Source: Eledone cirrhosa | Lineage: Eukaryota | Reading direction: 5' to 3' | Assembly (NCBI GenBank): GCA_964016885.1 | Contig: OZ024760.1 | Span: 16,058,001-16,122,000 of the forward strand | Length of the DNA: 64,000 bases | The notes under the pieces: model-generated | The model's input: only the letters and a program-made list of their open reading frames with translations | Databases searched by the model: none | Told to the model about the DNA's origin: nothing | Shown here: one piece after another, positions 25,940 through 40,806 of the stretch | How positions within the stretch are numbered: position 1 is the first letter of the stretch | Layout of the letters: each line of letters opens with the position of its first letter | Translations under genes and position numbers: made by a program

Positions 25940-28395
25940 TGTGTGTAGATGTGTGGCTAAGAACTACCTGTATGTATGTGTGTGTGTGTAGATGTGTGGC
26001 TAAGAACTACCTGTATGTATGTGTGTGTGTGTAGATGTGTGGCTAAGAACTACCTGTATGTATGTGTGTGTGTGTATATGTGTGGCTAAGAACTACCTGT
26101 ATGTATGTGTGTGTGTGTATATGTGTGGCTAAGAACTACCTGTATGTATGTGTGTGTGTGTGTGTATATGTGTGGCTAAGAACTACCTGTATGTATGTGT
26201 GTGTGTGTATATGTGTGGCTAAGAATTACCTGTATGTATGTGTGTGTGTATGTGTGTGGCTAAGAACTACCTGTATGTATGTGTGTGTGTATATGTGTGG
26301 TTAAGAACTACCTGTATGTATGTGTGTGTGTGTATATGTGTGGCTAAGAACTACCTGTATGTGTGTGTGTATGTGTGTGGCTAAGAACTACCTGTATGTA
26401 TGTGTGTGTGTGTATATGTGTGGTTAAGAACTACCTGTATGTATGTGTGTGTGTGTATATGTGTGGCTAAGAACTACCTGTATGTATGTGTGTGTGTATG
26501 TGTGTGGCTAAGAACTACCTGTATGTATGTGTGTGTGTGTAGATGTGTGGCTAAGAACTACCTGTATGTATGTGTGTGTGTGTAGATGTGTGGCTAAGAT
26601 CTACCTGTATGTATGTGTGTGTGTATATGTGTGGCTAAGATCTACCTGTATGTATGTGTGTGTGTGTGGCTAAGAACTACCTGTATGTATGTGTGTGTGT
26701 ATATGTGTGGCTAAGATCTACCTGTATGTATGTGTGTGTGTGTAGATGTGTGGCTAAGAACTACCTGTATGTGTGTGTGTGTATATGTGTGGCTAAGAAC
26801 TACCTGTATGTATGTGTGTGTATATGTGTGGCTAAGAACTACCTGTATGTATGTGTGTGTATATGTGTGGCTAAGAACTACCTGTATGTATGTGTGTGTG
26901 TATATGTGTGGTTAAGAACTACCTGTATGTATGTGTGTGTGTGTAGATGTGTGGCTAAGAACTACCTGTATGTATGTGTGTGTGTATGTGTGTGGCTAAG
27001 ATCTACCTGTATGTATGTGTGTGTGTGTGTGTGTGGCTAAGAACTACCTGTATGTATGTGTGTGGGTGTGGCTAAGAACTACCTGTATGTGTGTGTGTGG
27101 GTGTGGCTAAGAACTACCTGTATGTATGTGTGTGGGTGTGGCTAAGAACTACCTGTATGTGTGTGTGTGGGTGTGGCTAAGAACTACCTGTATGTATGTG
27201 TGTGTGTGTGGCTAAGAACTACCTGTATGTATGTGTGTGTGTGTATGTGTGTGGCTAAGAACTACCTGTATGTATGTGTGTGGGTGTGGCTAAGAACTAC
27301 CTGTATGTATGTGTGTGTGTATGTGTGTGGCTAAGAACTACCTGTATGTATGTGTGTGGGTGTGGCTAAGATCTACCTGTATGTATGTGTGTGGGTGTGG
27401 CTAAGAACTACCTGTATGTATGTGTATGTGTGTGGCTAAGAACTACCTGTATGTATGTGTGTGGGTGTGGCTAAGAACTACCTGTATGTGTGTGTGTATG
27501 TGTGTGGCTAAGAACTACCTGTATGTGTGTGTGTATGTGTGTGGCTAAGAACTACCTGTATGTGTGTGTGTATGTGTGTGGCTAAGAACTACCTGTATGT
27601 ATGTGTGTGTGTATGTGTGTGGCTAAGATCTACCTGTATGTATGTGTATGTGTGTGGCTAAGAACTACCTGTATGTATGTGTGTGGGTGTGGCTAAGATC
27701 TACCTGTATGTATGTGTGTGGGTGTGTGTGTGGCTAAGAACTACCTGTATGTATGTGTGTGGGTGTGGCTAAGATCTACCTGTATGTATGTGTGTGGGTG
27801 TGGCTAAGAACTACCTGTATGTGTGTGTGTATGTGTGTGGCTAAGAACTACCTGTATGTATGTGTGTGGGTGTGGCTAAGAACTACCTGTATGTATGTGT
27901 GTGGGTGTGGCTAAGAACTACCTGTATGTGTGTGTGTATGTGTGTGGCTAAGATCTACCTGTATGTATGTGTGTGGGTGTGGCTAAGATCTACCTGTATG
28001 TATGTGTGTGGGTGTGGCTAAGAACTACCTGTATGTATGTGTGTGGGTGTGGCTAAGATCTACCTGTATGTATGTGTGTGTGTATATGTGTGGCTAAGAA
28101 CTACCTGTATGTATGTGTGTGTGTATGTGTGTGGCTAAGAACTACCTGTATGTATGTGTGTGGGTGTGGCTAAGAACTACCTGTATGTATGTGTGTGTGT
28201 ATATGTGTGGCTAAGAACTACCTGTATGTATGTGTGTGTGTATGTGTGTGGCTAAGAACTACCTGTATGTATGTGTGTGTGTATATGTGTGGTTAAGAAC
28301 TACCTGTATGTATGTGTGTGGGTGTGGCTAAGAACTACCTGTATGTATGTGTGTGGGTGTGGCTAAGATCTACCTGTATGTATGTATGTGGCTGT
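25940..28395. repeat. Minisatellite: constant core gtggctaagaactacctgtatgt plus variable (GT)n spacer, roughly 65-70 units
   Basis: Directly visible. Confidence 0.97.
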
Positions 28396-28814
28396 CTGAT
28401 CTATATACAGCGGTCAGACACACACTCATATATATATCTACACAACACCACCACCATCATCTCTCTCTTCCATTCTCCCCCCCCCCTCTATGTCTCTCTT
28501 TCAATCTACTCTCTCACAACCACTATCTCTTTCTCTTTCTCTCATTCTCTCTGTTTACGAAGGTACCCAGAAACCCCATATCTCGGGATCACCTGCTCCG
28601 ATTTACACGAAACTTGTTTTATTCCATTTATATTCCAATTTCAGGGGCAGAGGCAGCTTCCTTTCAACGTATCTCCCATTATCTTCCCTTTTGGCTATAT
28701 TACATTACAGACAAGCAAGCAACCAATAACAGAGTTTTAGTAATATATAGATATGACAAAATATTTATATGTATATATATATATATACACACACACACAC
28801 ATATATATATATAT

Positions 28815-28919
<105 letters not shown>

Positions 28920-29307
28920 AATTATATATATATATATACAAATATAATTTGAGCGAGATCGAATTTCAGCTGTGGTCGAAAACATAGCGAAACACAATAT
29001 CCGAGTTATGCTGACAACGGCTCCATGGACCAAATAAAATCCAGAGCAGTAAACATAGGTTATAAAGGCCAAACAAACTGAGATGGCGGTCAAGAAGCTA
29101 TCAACCACCTAAGCCAAACAGGTCAAACAAAATAATTGAATACATATATATATATGCACGCATGTGTGTGTCTGTGTATATCATGACTTATACACTGTTC
29201 TCTTTCATGACATTTGTACATTATTCTATGTACTGTACATGCCCCTTTGATGAGTTGTAGTGCACCTGAGCACTGTACATAATAATTTCATTATTATTAT
29301 AGACAAA

Positions 29308-29505
29308 GGGCGGTGGATTGGCAGTATCAGTAGAGCGTCGGACGCGATATTTTGCAGCATAGAGTTACGTCCCTTTGCGGTCTGAGTTCAAATCCCGTCA
29401 AGGTTAACTTTGTCTTTCATCCTTACGGGGTCGATAAAATAATGTACCAGTAATACACTGGGATAATTGCTGGCCTTGTGCAAAAAGAAGAAACAATTAT
29501 TATTA
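29308..29505 (+). mobile_element. SINE family 1
   Basis: Full-length match with (ATT)n tail. Confidence 0.85.
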
Positions 29506-29945
29506 TAGACAAAAGACACGCAGTAGTTTTTTTAAAAATATTTTATTCATCTGAAGTGCAACAAACATTGTCAACTGATTGACTTACGTTTCCAAAGTAT
29601 AAATTATTATCCATGAGAAATAAAAGCTACTGACCGGGATGTGGGTGTGCAGTGGTTACTATGGAGGAGCCCATGTGTATTGAAACTCAACTCGCTATTG
29701 ACAACGTAGAGATTGGCGGCCTACCTCCATTCCTCCGCTTTGTACCTATTCTTTTTTTTCCACACGAATATGGATTGAACCATTAAAACACCAGCCTCTC
29801 TCCTCCCATCCATTCTTTGTCATAGACAGAACCCACACCGTTAATGGTTCCGAAACCACTGGCGCTTCGATTAGTTGACCAACTGACTATCATCTGACCT
29901 AGCAATTGCTCTCTAGGCTATAGGCTAATGAGCTGAATGTGTGTG

Positions 29946-29988
<43 letters not shown>

Positions 29989-30081
29989 GTAATGAAGGAG
30001 TAACCACTCGTCTTTATTTTATTTTATTATATACACAACCCTCATCGAGTCCTCTTTGGATGTTAGTCTTTGTATTTATTA

Positions 30082-30117
<36 letters not shown>

Positions 30118-31016
30118 TATATGTGTGTGTGTGTTTGTGTATAATGTATGTACGTATGTTTAATCAATGTCTCAATCTTCTAAATCAATAGTACTGGCAT
30201 AATTTTAACATAAGAAAAAAAAATCTTTTTACAAAGGTGAGTTCTCTCCCTTGTAATTTAAGTCTAACCTTCTTTATCTCCCTTTATATTTTCTGTATGT
30301 GTTTAGATCTGGTGGTCATTTCTCTAATAATTTTGATTTTGATTAATGGAGATGAAGCTACTAGCCTCCTTCTCAACACAGGCTTAAAACTAACCTAACA
30401 TTTCACAATCAGAGGGCGGGGGGTAGACGAAACTCTGGACAGGATAAGGACCCATTCCATTCCAGATACTGCCAGAACCTGCTGAGCTAAGGACTGAAAT
30501 TGCTTTAATCTATTTTTAAAGGAATATTTAGATAACACTGTCTAGTATTGAAATAACGTTTCTTAGCGCCACCATATCACAATTGAGAGGGATCTACAAA
30601 TGTCTATGAAGACACCAATGAGGGCATCTCTTGAATGGAAGGTAGAAGGCGGGGGCATATGAAAGAAGGCAAACACGCCAAGACCTGGCTGAGGTCTGTG
30701 GAGGAATGGCTGACAGATATGGGCCTTGTCTGGCCTGGGAGCAGGCCTGTGACAAGGGCTTGTCACAGTTGGTGACCACATGGAATAGAGATCTCCATTT
30801 GTACAATGCTCCACAGGAAGTGAAAGGAACTAAAGAAGATGATATGTATATGTGAGTGTGTATGTGAGTGGTTGTGTAGTGTGTGTATGTATGTAAGACA
30901 TTTGGTGTTTTCAAAGGTGCTCAGAAACCCAAAATGAAGGGAGAAAGAAAAATTATTACATAGAAACAAATCAGACAGACAGATAGATAGATAAATATAC
31001 ATACACACACACACAC

Positions 31017-31087
<71 letters not shown>

Positions 31088-31137
31088 TATATACAACTAG
31101 ACAGATAGATAGATAGTGAGGTAGATAGCTAGCTAGC

Positions 31138-31179
<42 letters not shown>

Positions 31180-31423
31180 CACACACACACATATATATAT
31201 ATATAAGTTATTCCGGGTTGAATCGGAGGTAACCACAGTAAGGTACTCAATACCTATATTAAAACTATATATATATATATATATTAAATTGTTAAACAAT
31301 ATTTAATGATTATGTCAAAGAATGAGTTTTACAGTAGATTGGAAGCACTCAATGGAAAAATAATTTTCCAGAGTTATTAATATTAAAATATAAATATTAA
31401 TAAAATAGATGTTCTTTTGATCA

Positions 31424-31486
31424 ATTACATTTTATTATACATATTTCGGAGGTACAACAGTACGTTCTCATCAGACAAAATATAAT
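31424..31486 (-). ncRNA. Type I hammerhead ribozyme motif (mirror copy)
   Basis: Reverse-complement copy of 31585-31647. Confidence 0.75.
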
Positions 31487-31584
31487 GATACATGACATAC
31501 CCTGAGATGTTAAATGGTTAAGATTTAATCAAGATACCTTGATTAAATCTTAACCATTTAACATCTCAGGGTATGTCATGTATC

Positions 31585-31647
31585 ATTATATTTTGTCTGA
31601 TGAGAACGTACTGTTGTACCTCCGAAATATGTATAATAAAATGTAAT
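31585..31647 (+). ncRNA. Type I hammerhead ribozyme motif
   Basis: 12-bp helix I (attatattttgt/ataaaatgtaat, 2 GU pairs), CTGATGA, interrupted helix II G..GTAC-tgtt-GTAC..C, GAAA, self-complementary helix III ATATGTAT, AUA site at 31635. Confidence 0.78.
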
Positions 31648-31803
31648 TGATCAAAAGAACATCTATTTTATTAATATTTATATATATATATAGAGAGAGA
31701 GACAGATAGACATAGATAGACAAATAGACATATAGATAGATAGATAGATAGACATATAGATAGATAGACATATAGATAGATAGACATATAGATAGATAGA
31801 CAT

Positions 31804-31848
<45 letters not shown>

Positions 31849-31851
31849 CAT

Positions 31852-31882
<31 letters not shown>

Positions 31883-32124
31883 TAGATTTGGTGATTAAAG
31901 AAAAACTTTGGGCACAAATGGTGATATTGGAAACAGCAATTGTAATATTATTATTATTATTATTACTTTGATATATAAAAATGAACCATATACATGTAAA
32001 TATATAAAGAGTGTGTAGTTGAAGGTGATTAACAGTTATGTGAACAATATATAATCTGGTGGTGGTGTATATATAGATATACAGAGAGTGTGGTGGTGGT
32101 GTATATATACTGAGTGTGGTGGTG

Positions 32125-32168
<44 letters not shown>

Positions 32169-32381
32169 TGTGGTTGTAGTGTAGTTGTATATATAACTAT
32201 ATGTACAGAGTATTGTGGTGCGTGTGTGTATATATATATATATATATAGTGTGTGGTTGTAGTGTAGTGGTATATATAACTATATGTACAGAGTATTGTG
32301 GTGCGTGTGTGTATATATATATATATATAGTGTGTGGTTGTAGTGTAGTGGTATATATAACTATATGTACAGAGTATTGTG

Positions 32382-32412
<31 letters not shown>

Positions 32413-32824
32413 GTGTGATTGTAGTGTAGTGGTATATATATATATATATACCACGACACTACAATCACACACTATATATATATATATAGAGAGAGTATTG
32501 CTGTGTGTGTGTATATATATACAGATAGTGTGGTGGGGTGTAGTGTAATGCGGTATATATATATATATATATATATAAAATATTTTAAAAATAATGAATA
32601 AAACAATGAAACAGTTCCTTATATTAAACAAAAAAAGTTCATATAAGGAACTGTTTCATTGTTTTATTCATTATTTTTTTAATATTTTATCTTGACTCTG
32701 TATTCCGTTTATCTTTCACCGAAAGTGATTTTTCATTGCATCTCTTCTTTCCATGATATCCGGATTACATTGAGTTCTTCATACGGATTGGACACTACCG
32801 TAAACTCTTGGTAGATTTATCTAC

Positions 32825-32849
<25 letters not shown>

Positions 32850-32855
<6 letters not shown>

Positions 32856-33222
32856 AAAGATAACAAGGACGATTGGTTACTCCTCCATTACATTTATTGG
32901 TTGGTGAGGCGCGTTTCGCCACTGATCAGCTCAAGGTTCGATCTGTATTGATCTTAACCGACGGACCCCTAGCATTTCAAGGGGTCTGTCGAGCCGCAGA
33001 TTACAGTGTCGGGTAAGATCAATACAGATCGAACCTTGAGCTGATCAGTGGCGAAACGCGCGTCACCAACCAATAAATGTAATGAAGGAGTAATCAATCG
33101 TCCTTGTTATCTTATTTCACTATAATACACTCTGTCTACCTCTACACCTCGACACTGAAGTGAACCTAAACACGAGTGCTCCCCCAGGTGAACCTACAGT
33201 AACTCCAAGTTACACTCCCTGG
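32850..33222 (+). mobile_element. Fold-back element family N
   Basis: Imperfect arms of about 110 bp (32850-33122) between (TA)n; GAAAC-GCGC-GTC (33053-33064) then AATAAA. Confidence 0.65.
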
Positions 33223-33412
33223 ATATATATATATATTCTTCAATCTTTCACTATTATTACTCCAAGTATAACCTGCATAGGAACTCTCGCGAACTCGCTG
33301 CCTAACTATGGAAACATCTTGTTGAGTCAAACAAAGCCGTACGTTAAAACTATTCACGACACAGAGTACTCACAACCTTTAACTGGATTACCTATAACGA
33401 TAACTTGTTATC

Positions 33413-33466
<54 letters not shown>

Positions 33467-33485
33467 ATTTATATATATATATATT

Positions 33486-33521
<36 letters not shown>

Positions 33522-33545
33522 TATATATATATATTTATATATATA

Positions 33546-33628
<83 letters not shown>

Positions 33629-33883
33629 CTGTGAAAGAGTGAAGAATAACCTGGTCGGCTGTACAAAAAAAATATATATATATATTAAAATAACAGATTA
33701 AAGTTTAAGCAAAGAATCGCTGCTTTCACCCTTAACGGGATCTTCTGGGTGAAAGCAGCGATTCTTTGCTTAAACTTTAATCTGCTATTTTAATAAATAT
33801 TTGCTCTATGGTTCTTATATATTTGATATATATTTATCTTTATCGAGCCCTCTTTGGATTTTAGTCTTCATATTTACTCTTAT

Positions 33884-33944
<61 letters not shown>

Positions 33945-33949
<5 letters not shown>

Positions 33950-34405
33950 TGGTGTAGTGTAGTGTAGTGTAGTGCAGTATATATATTTATAGTGTAGTGT
34001 AGTGCCGTGCGGTATATATATATATATATATAAATATATATATATAGTGTGGTGTAGTGTAGTGCAGTATATATATATATTTATAGTGTAGTGTAGTGTA
34101 GTGCGGTGTAGTGCGGTATATATATATATAAATATATATAGTGTAGTGTAGTGTAGTGCGGTATATATATATATTTATAGTGTAGTGTAGTGCGGTATAT
34201 ATATATATAAATATATATAGTGTAGTGTAGTGTAGTGCGGTATATATATATATAAATATATATAGTGTGGTGTAGTGTAGTGCAGTATATATATATATAT
34301 TTATAGTGTAGTGTAGTGTAGTGCGGTATATATATATATAAATATATATAGTGTGGTGTAGTGTAGTACTATATAGTGTGGTGTAGTGTAGTACTATATA
34401 GTGTG
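33945..34405. repeat. (GTGTA)n/(TA)n compound repeat
   Basis: Directly visible. Confidence 0.9.
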
Positions 34406-34965
34406 AGCTCAGACATCAGTTCTCTTAAGACAAACCCACCCTGATCAATAGTATGGTCCCTTCAAAACCACCACCACCACCACCACCACCACCACCACCA
34501 CTTATCACATGACACTGGTTGGGGTGGGGGGATCACATTATTGGCTATGGTACAACAACAGTAGTAGTAGTAGTGATAATAACAACAATAATAACAACAA
34601 TAATAATAATGAATGATGTAAAAAACCATCAAAACAGCGCCACCTATGTCATGGCGGTGTCGGCAAATATGAAAGAACTGGTTTCTTTTGAATAATTTCA
34701 TTTGATAAAATTGGATCATATGTCAATTTATATACACATAATATACACACTTAAATGTGTATATATACACATTATATACACACATAGATGTGTATATATA
34801 CATATAATATATGCACTTAAATATGCATATATACACATAATGTACACAGCTAGATATATATATATATACATACATAATATACGCACCTAGATATATATAT
34901 ATATATATATATACACATAATATACGCACCTAGATATATATATATATATATACATAATATACACA

Positions 34966-35006
<41 letters not shown>

Positions 35007-36410
35007 CTATATAGATATATATATATATATATATACACATAATGTACACAGCTAGATATATACACATAATATACACCTAAATATATACATATATATACAT
35101 AATATACGCACCTAGATATATATATATATATATACACACATAATATACGCACCTAGATATATATATATACACATAATATACACACCTAGATATATCAATT
35201 TATATACACATAATATACTCAACTAGATGTGTATATATACACATAATATACACACTTAAATATGTATATATACTCATAATATACACGCCTAGATGTGTAT
35301 ATATACACATAATATACACAGTTAAATATGTATATATACTCATAATATACATGCCTAGATGTGTATATATACACACAATATACACACCTTGATGTGTATA
35401 TATACACATAATATACATATCACATTTAAATCTGTATATATACACATAATATACATACCAGATTTAAATATTTATATATACACATAATATACACTCTCCC
35501 ATATATACATATATATGTGTATCCCCACACATTAATATTATATACACACACACATCAATAGAGAGACATCCATACACACACAATTCACGTTTTGGTCACA
35601 TAGCTTAACACATGACCTCTGGAGGTCAAGTCAAAATCTCCATTGAGAAGAGTGGTTTGGGGGGATGTAAGGGACGGGTGCATATCAATTTAAATGTCAG
35701 GGTTATATTGTTAAATAGTGTGAGATGTCTGTATGTGAATAAAATGGGGGGGGGGGTCTAGTCCAGTTTTCCAATCTAGGCACAAGGGCAGCAATTTAGG
35801 GGACAAGAAGGAAAAAAATAAAGGGGGGGGGGGGGTCAATCAATCATGTTGACCCCCAGTACTTTACTGGTACTTTCTGATAGATATTTTAGTGTAAACA
35901 ACTGTAGACATTTTCTTACAGTTGTTGGGCATGTGGCTACTTCCCTGGGGTGGACAAAGTATCATACAAGGGTGCGTACTTGATCAGATTAACAAGGTAC
36001 ACGCACATAAATATATGTGTGTATATATATATATATGTGTGTGTGTGTGTATGTATGTGTGTGTATATATTGAGGTGGGTACACATACATTGTCAGGTAA
36101 ACACATATATATACATATATGTGTGTGTACGTGTATATATATGTATATATATATCAGATGTAAAAGATATATCTATCTATCTATATATATATATATATAT
36201 ATATCAGATGTAAAAGATATATCTATCTATATATATCTATCTATATATATATATATATCAGATGTAAAAGATATATCTATCTATCTATATATATATATAT
36301 ATCAGATGTAAAAGATATATCTATATCTATATATATATATATATGTATATATGTATATATATATAGAGAGAGAAAGAACCATATATCATTGAGAATACAC
36401 TATATATACA

Positions 36411-36446
<36 letters not shown>

Positions 36447-36939
36447 AGAGAGAGAGAGAGAGAGAGAGAGGAGGGTACATATATCTACTGTGGGATATAT
36501 ATCAATAGAATAGCTGTAGACATGGGGTATAGCTGCTGTGATGTAGGGGTGAGGGGGTGGATGTTATGGCAGGGTGGGGGTCGGTTATGTTATTTACACA
36601 ACAATATATAAAATATTCATTAAAAACAATTTGAAAGAAAAAAATATTTGAAATACAGCAAAATTTCACAATTTGTGTTAGTTTGGTATCACCAATAAAT
36701 GTCTAAATACTATATATACATATATATATATATTTATATACATACACATATATATATATATTCATATATATATACACATATGCACATACATATATATATA
36801 TACACATACATATGTATATTCACACACACACACAGACATATATATATATATAATACATACACATATCTATGTACATGTATATATATATATACACACAGAC
36901 ACCTACATATATATATACACACACATACATACATATATA

Positions 36940-36986
<47 letters not shown>

Positions 36987-37110
36987 ATCATCATAATCAT
37001 CATGTATGTGTGTATGTGTATATACGATATACATTTCTTTAAAACCACATCTCATTGCTACTCACATATTATTAAACTCTGGTACACCATGTCACCACCA
37101 GGTGGAGCAG

Positions 37111-37164
<54 letters not shown>

Positions 37165-37367
37165 AAAACAATACTTTTAGAAAAGAAAACCCATCTCTAA
37201 TCTCTTCACTTCAAATTGCAGTATATATAAGTATACTCATGTCTTATGAGTAATTATACATACATTCCGACTAATAAGCCTGTATGAGTGCATGTGTGTG
37301 AGTGTTTATTTTATTTCAACCATCATGGTGGAACGGTGCACATACACACACAGACATTTATATATAT

Positions 37368-37402
<35 letters not shown>

Positions 37403-37841
37403 GATACATATACATACATATATAGATACATATACATACATATATATATATACATATAGATACATATACATACATATATAGATACATATATATATATACA
37501 TATAGATACATATACATACATATATATATAGATACATATATATACATATATATATAGATACATATACATACATATATATATACATACATATATATATATA
37601 TACATACATATATATACACATATATATATATATATACATACATATATATACATATATATATACATACATATATATACATATATATATAGATACATATACA
37701 TACATATATATATAGATACATATACATACATATATATATAGATACATATACATACATATATATACATATATATATATACACATATATATATGCATACATA
37801 TATATATATATATACACACACACATATATACACATATATAT

Positions 37842-37884
<43 letters not shown>

Positions 37885-38033
37885 TATATACACATATATA
37901 TATACATACATACATATATACACATATATATATACATACATACATATATACACATATATATATACATACATACATATATACACATATATATATACATACA
38001 TACATATATACACATATATACATACATACATAC

Positions 38034-38089
<56 letters not shown>

Positions 38090-38429
38090 TATGCATATAA
38101 ATATATATTTGGATCAAGTTAAGAGGAATTTGTTCAGAATTGTAATCCTCACCACTATCACCATTCTTATCACAATCACCATCACCACCATCACCTCTAT
38201 CACAATCATCATCACCACCACCACCACCACCACTATCACAATCATCATCACCACCATCACCAACATCTCTATCACTACCACCACCACCACCACCACCATT
38301 CACCATCATCTCTATCTTTATCACAATCACCATCCTTATCATCACCACCACCATTACTATCACCATTGCTGTTGAGCCCTGACTAATCTTCCTATCACAT
38401 TCATCCCTTTAGCCAATGTCTGTAATTAA

Positions 38430-39146
38430 TCCTTTAGCATTTAAACCGGCCATATCCGGTGAGAATTCTCTCACCTTTTTCTGTTCAAACCGGCCATATC
38501 CGGTGAGAATTCTTTCACCTCTTTCTGTTCAAACCAGCCATATCCGGTGAGAATTCTCTCACCTCTTTCTGTTCAAACCGGCCATATCTGGTAAGAATTC
38601 TCTCACCTTTTTCTGTTCAAACCAGCCATATCCGGTGAGAATTCTCTCACCTCTTTCTGTTCAAACCGGCCATATCTGGTAAGAATTCTCTCACCTTTTT
38701 CTGTTCAAACCAGCCATATCCGGTGAGAATTCTCTCACCTCTTTCTGTTCAAACCGGCCATATCTGGTAAGAATTCTCTCACCTCTTACTGTTCAAACCG
38801 GCCATATCTGGTCAGAATTCTCTCACCTCTTTCTGTTCAAACCGGCCATATCTGGTCAGAATTCTCTCACCTCTTTCTGTTCAAACCGGCCATATTCGGT
38901 CAGAATTCTCTCACCTCTTTCTGTTCAAACCGGCCATATCTGGTCAGAATTCTTTCACCTCTTTCTGGCCAGAATTCTCTCACCTCTTTCTGTTCAAACC
39001 GGACATAACCGGCCACTGATACTGATGTTAAGGTATTCTTCTCAAAATAAATAATATCAAAATCTCATAGATTCAATATTATGTGAGATAAAGTGTTTAC
39101 CATGAGAATACGATAGTATATATAGAGTAATGTAAATGCTAAAGGT
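38430..39146 (+). mobile_element. piggyBac-like MITE with internal 44-bp array (about 12 copies)
   Basis: TTAA|TCCTTTAGCATTTA...TAAATGCTAAAGGT|TTAA. Confidence 0.75.
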
Positions 39147-39178
39147 TTAATGTGTGAAGCTGGCAGGGCTAAAGCTGA

Positions 39179-39310
39179 TTATTCAGAGGCCCACTGTAAT
39201 CTCTCCACGTGTTTGAAGATCTTCAGAGCTGGCCCCAAACAAATGTAATCCCTCAGACCAACCAACACATCATCTCGTTTCATCAGTAACAGGGATTTAC
39301 CATCAATCTC
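39179..39310 (-). CDS. Double-PHD/SAM protein, last coding exon (SAM C-half)
   Basis: [19 protein letters not shown]...LGPALKIF...*; acceptor tttcag|. Confidence 0.9.
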   Translation of the reverse strand, partial: EIDGKSLLLMKRDDVLVGLRDYICLGPALKIFKHVERLQWASE

Positions 39311-39789
39311 CTGAAAGAAGAAAGGAGTGGGGGGACAGGTTAACATTGGTGATACATGAAGAAATAGCGAGGAAAGGGGTTGGGAGAAGGAAAGAGACAG
39401 ACCACAGTGAGAAGAGGGAGGAGTAACAATGAGAAGGAGGGGTTGAAAATGAGTGTGAAGGGCGATGGAATAGTGGGAGGGAGGGGGAAGGATTGATCGG
39501 CACGGTGGGAGGGAAAGGCAGAGAAACAGTAGGAGTGGAAGAGGGAGGAAGGGGAGCAGTAGCAATAGTGTGAGGGAAAGGAGGAGCATCAACAGAGGGA
39601 GGAGCTATAGTAGGAGTGGAAGGATAAGTGGGGGTAAGAGGAGCACCATTTCACATGGAAGAGGATGGAGGGGGAGGAGGCAGGGCCACAGTGGGAGGAA
39701 GGAGAAACAGTAAGTGTGGAAAAAGGAAGCAGGGGCAATAGTGAGAGGAAGAGGAAGGGGAGGAAAGGAAGGAATGGCAACAGTGAGAA

Positions 39790-40650
39790 GAGGAGGAGGA
39801 GAGGGGGAAGGGGAAGAGGAGAAAAGGAAGGACAGGCAATAGTGAGAGGGGGAGGAAGAAGAGAAAAGGAAGGAGTGAAAACAGTGAGAGGAAGAGGAGA
39901 AAAGGAAGGAGTGACAACAGTGAGAGGAAGAGGAGAAAAGGAAGGAGTGACAACAGTGAGAGGAGGAGGAAGAGGAGAAAAGGAAGGACAGGCAATAGTG
40001 AGAGGGGGAGGAAGAAGAGAAAAGGAAGGAGTGACAACAGTGAGAGGAAGAGGAGAAAAGGAAGGAGTGACAACAGTGAGAGGAAGAGGAAGAGGAGAAA
40101 AGGAAGGACAGGCAATAGTGAGAGGGGGAGGAAGAAGAGAAAAGGAAGGAGTGACAACAGTGAGAGGAAGAGGAGAAAAGGAAGGAGTGACAACAGTGAG
40201 AGGAAGAGGAGAAAGGGAAGGAGTGACAACAGTGAGAGGAGGAGGAAGAGGAGAAAAGGAAGGACAGGCAATAGTGAGAGGGGGAGGAAGAAGAGAAAAG
40301 GAAGGAGTGACAACAGTGAGAGGAGGAGGAAGAGGAGAAAAGGAAGGACAGGCAATAGTGAGAGGGGGAGGAAGAAGAGAAAAGGAAGGAGTGACAACAG
40401 TGAGAGGAAGAGGAGAAAAGGAAGGAGTGACAACAGTGAGAGGAGGAGGAAGAGGAGAAAAGGAAGGACAGGCAATAGTGAGAGGGGGAGGAAGAAGAGA
40501 AAAGGAAGGAGTGACAACAGTGAGAGGAAGAGGAGAAAAGGAAGGAGTGACAACAGTGAGAGGAGGAGGAAGAGGAGAAAAGGAAGGAGTGACAACAGTG
40601 AGAGGAGGAGGAAGAGGAGAAAAGGAAGGAGTGACAACAGTGAGAGGAGG
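39790..40650. repeat. Intronic purine-rich minisatellite (33-39-bp units)
   Basis: gaggagaaaaggaaggagtgacaacagtgagag variants. Confidence 0.92.
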
Positions 40651-40667
40651 TGCAATGCCAGACTCAC

Positions 40668-40806
40668 CTGTTCACTGAATGCTGAAGCCTCTTTAGCAAA
40701 TCCCTTGGATTGGAAGAACTGGACAATATCTTCAATGGAGTAATCAGTGACATCTGGATAGGGTCCATCATAAACACTCCGCTTCCTTGGAAAATCATGT
40801 TGCATT
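40668..40806 (-). CDS. Double-PHD/SAM protein exon (SAM N-half)
   Basis: PYPDVTDYSIEDIVQFFQSKGFAKEASAFSEQ|GTGAGT; phases consistent. Confidence 0.9.

Larger units (their letters stand above)
31388..31683. repeat. 296-bp fold-back with perfect 146-bp arms and 4-nt loop
   Basis: Centre aag-atac-ctt (31531-31540); right end runs into (TA)n. Confidence 0.95.

Noticed and set aside
25940-28395. Repeat-spacer pattern resembling CRISPR
   Set aside because: Spacers are just variable (GT)n.
30250-30460. Possible decayed LINE ORF1 (PRPLIVK...PDL) on the minus strand
   Set aside because: Multiple stops and frameshifts; too weak to call by eye.
39651-40667. 384-aa Leu-rich and 337-aa Gly/Arg/Glu-rich ORFs
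   Set aside because: Intronic minisatellite downstream of the GTGAGT donor at 40667.
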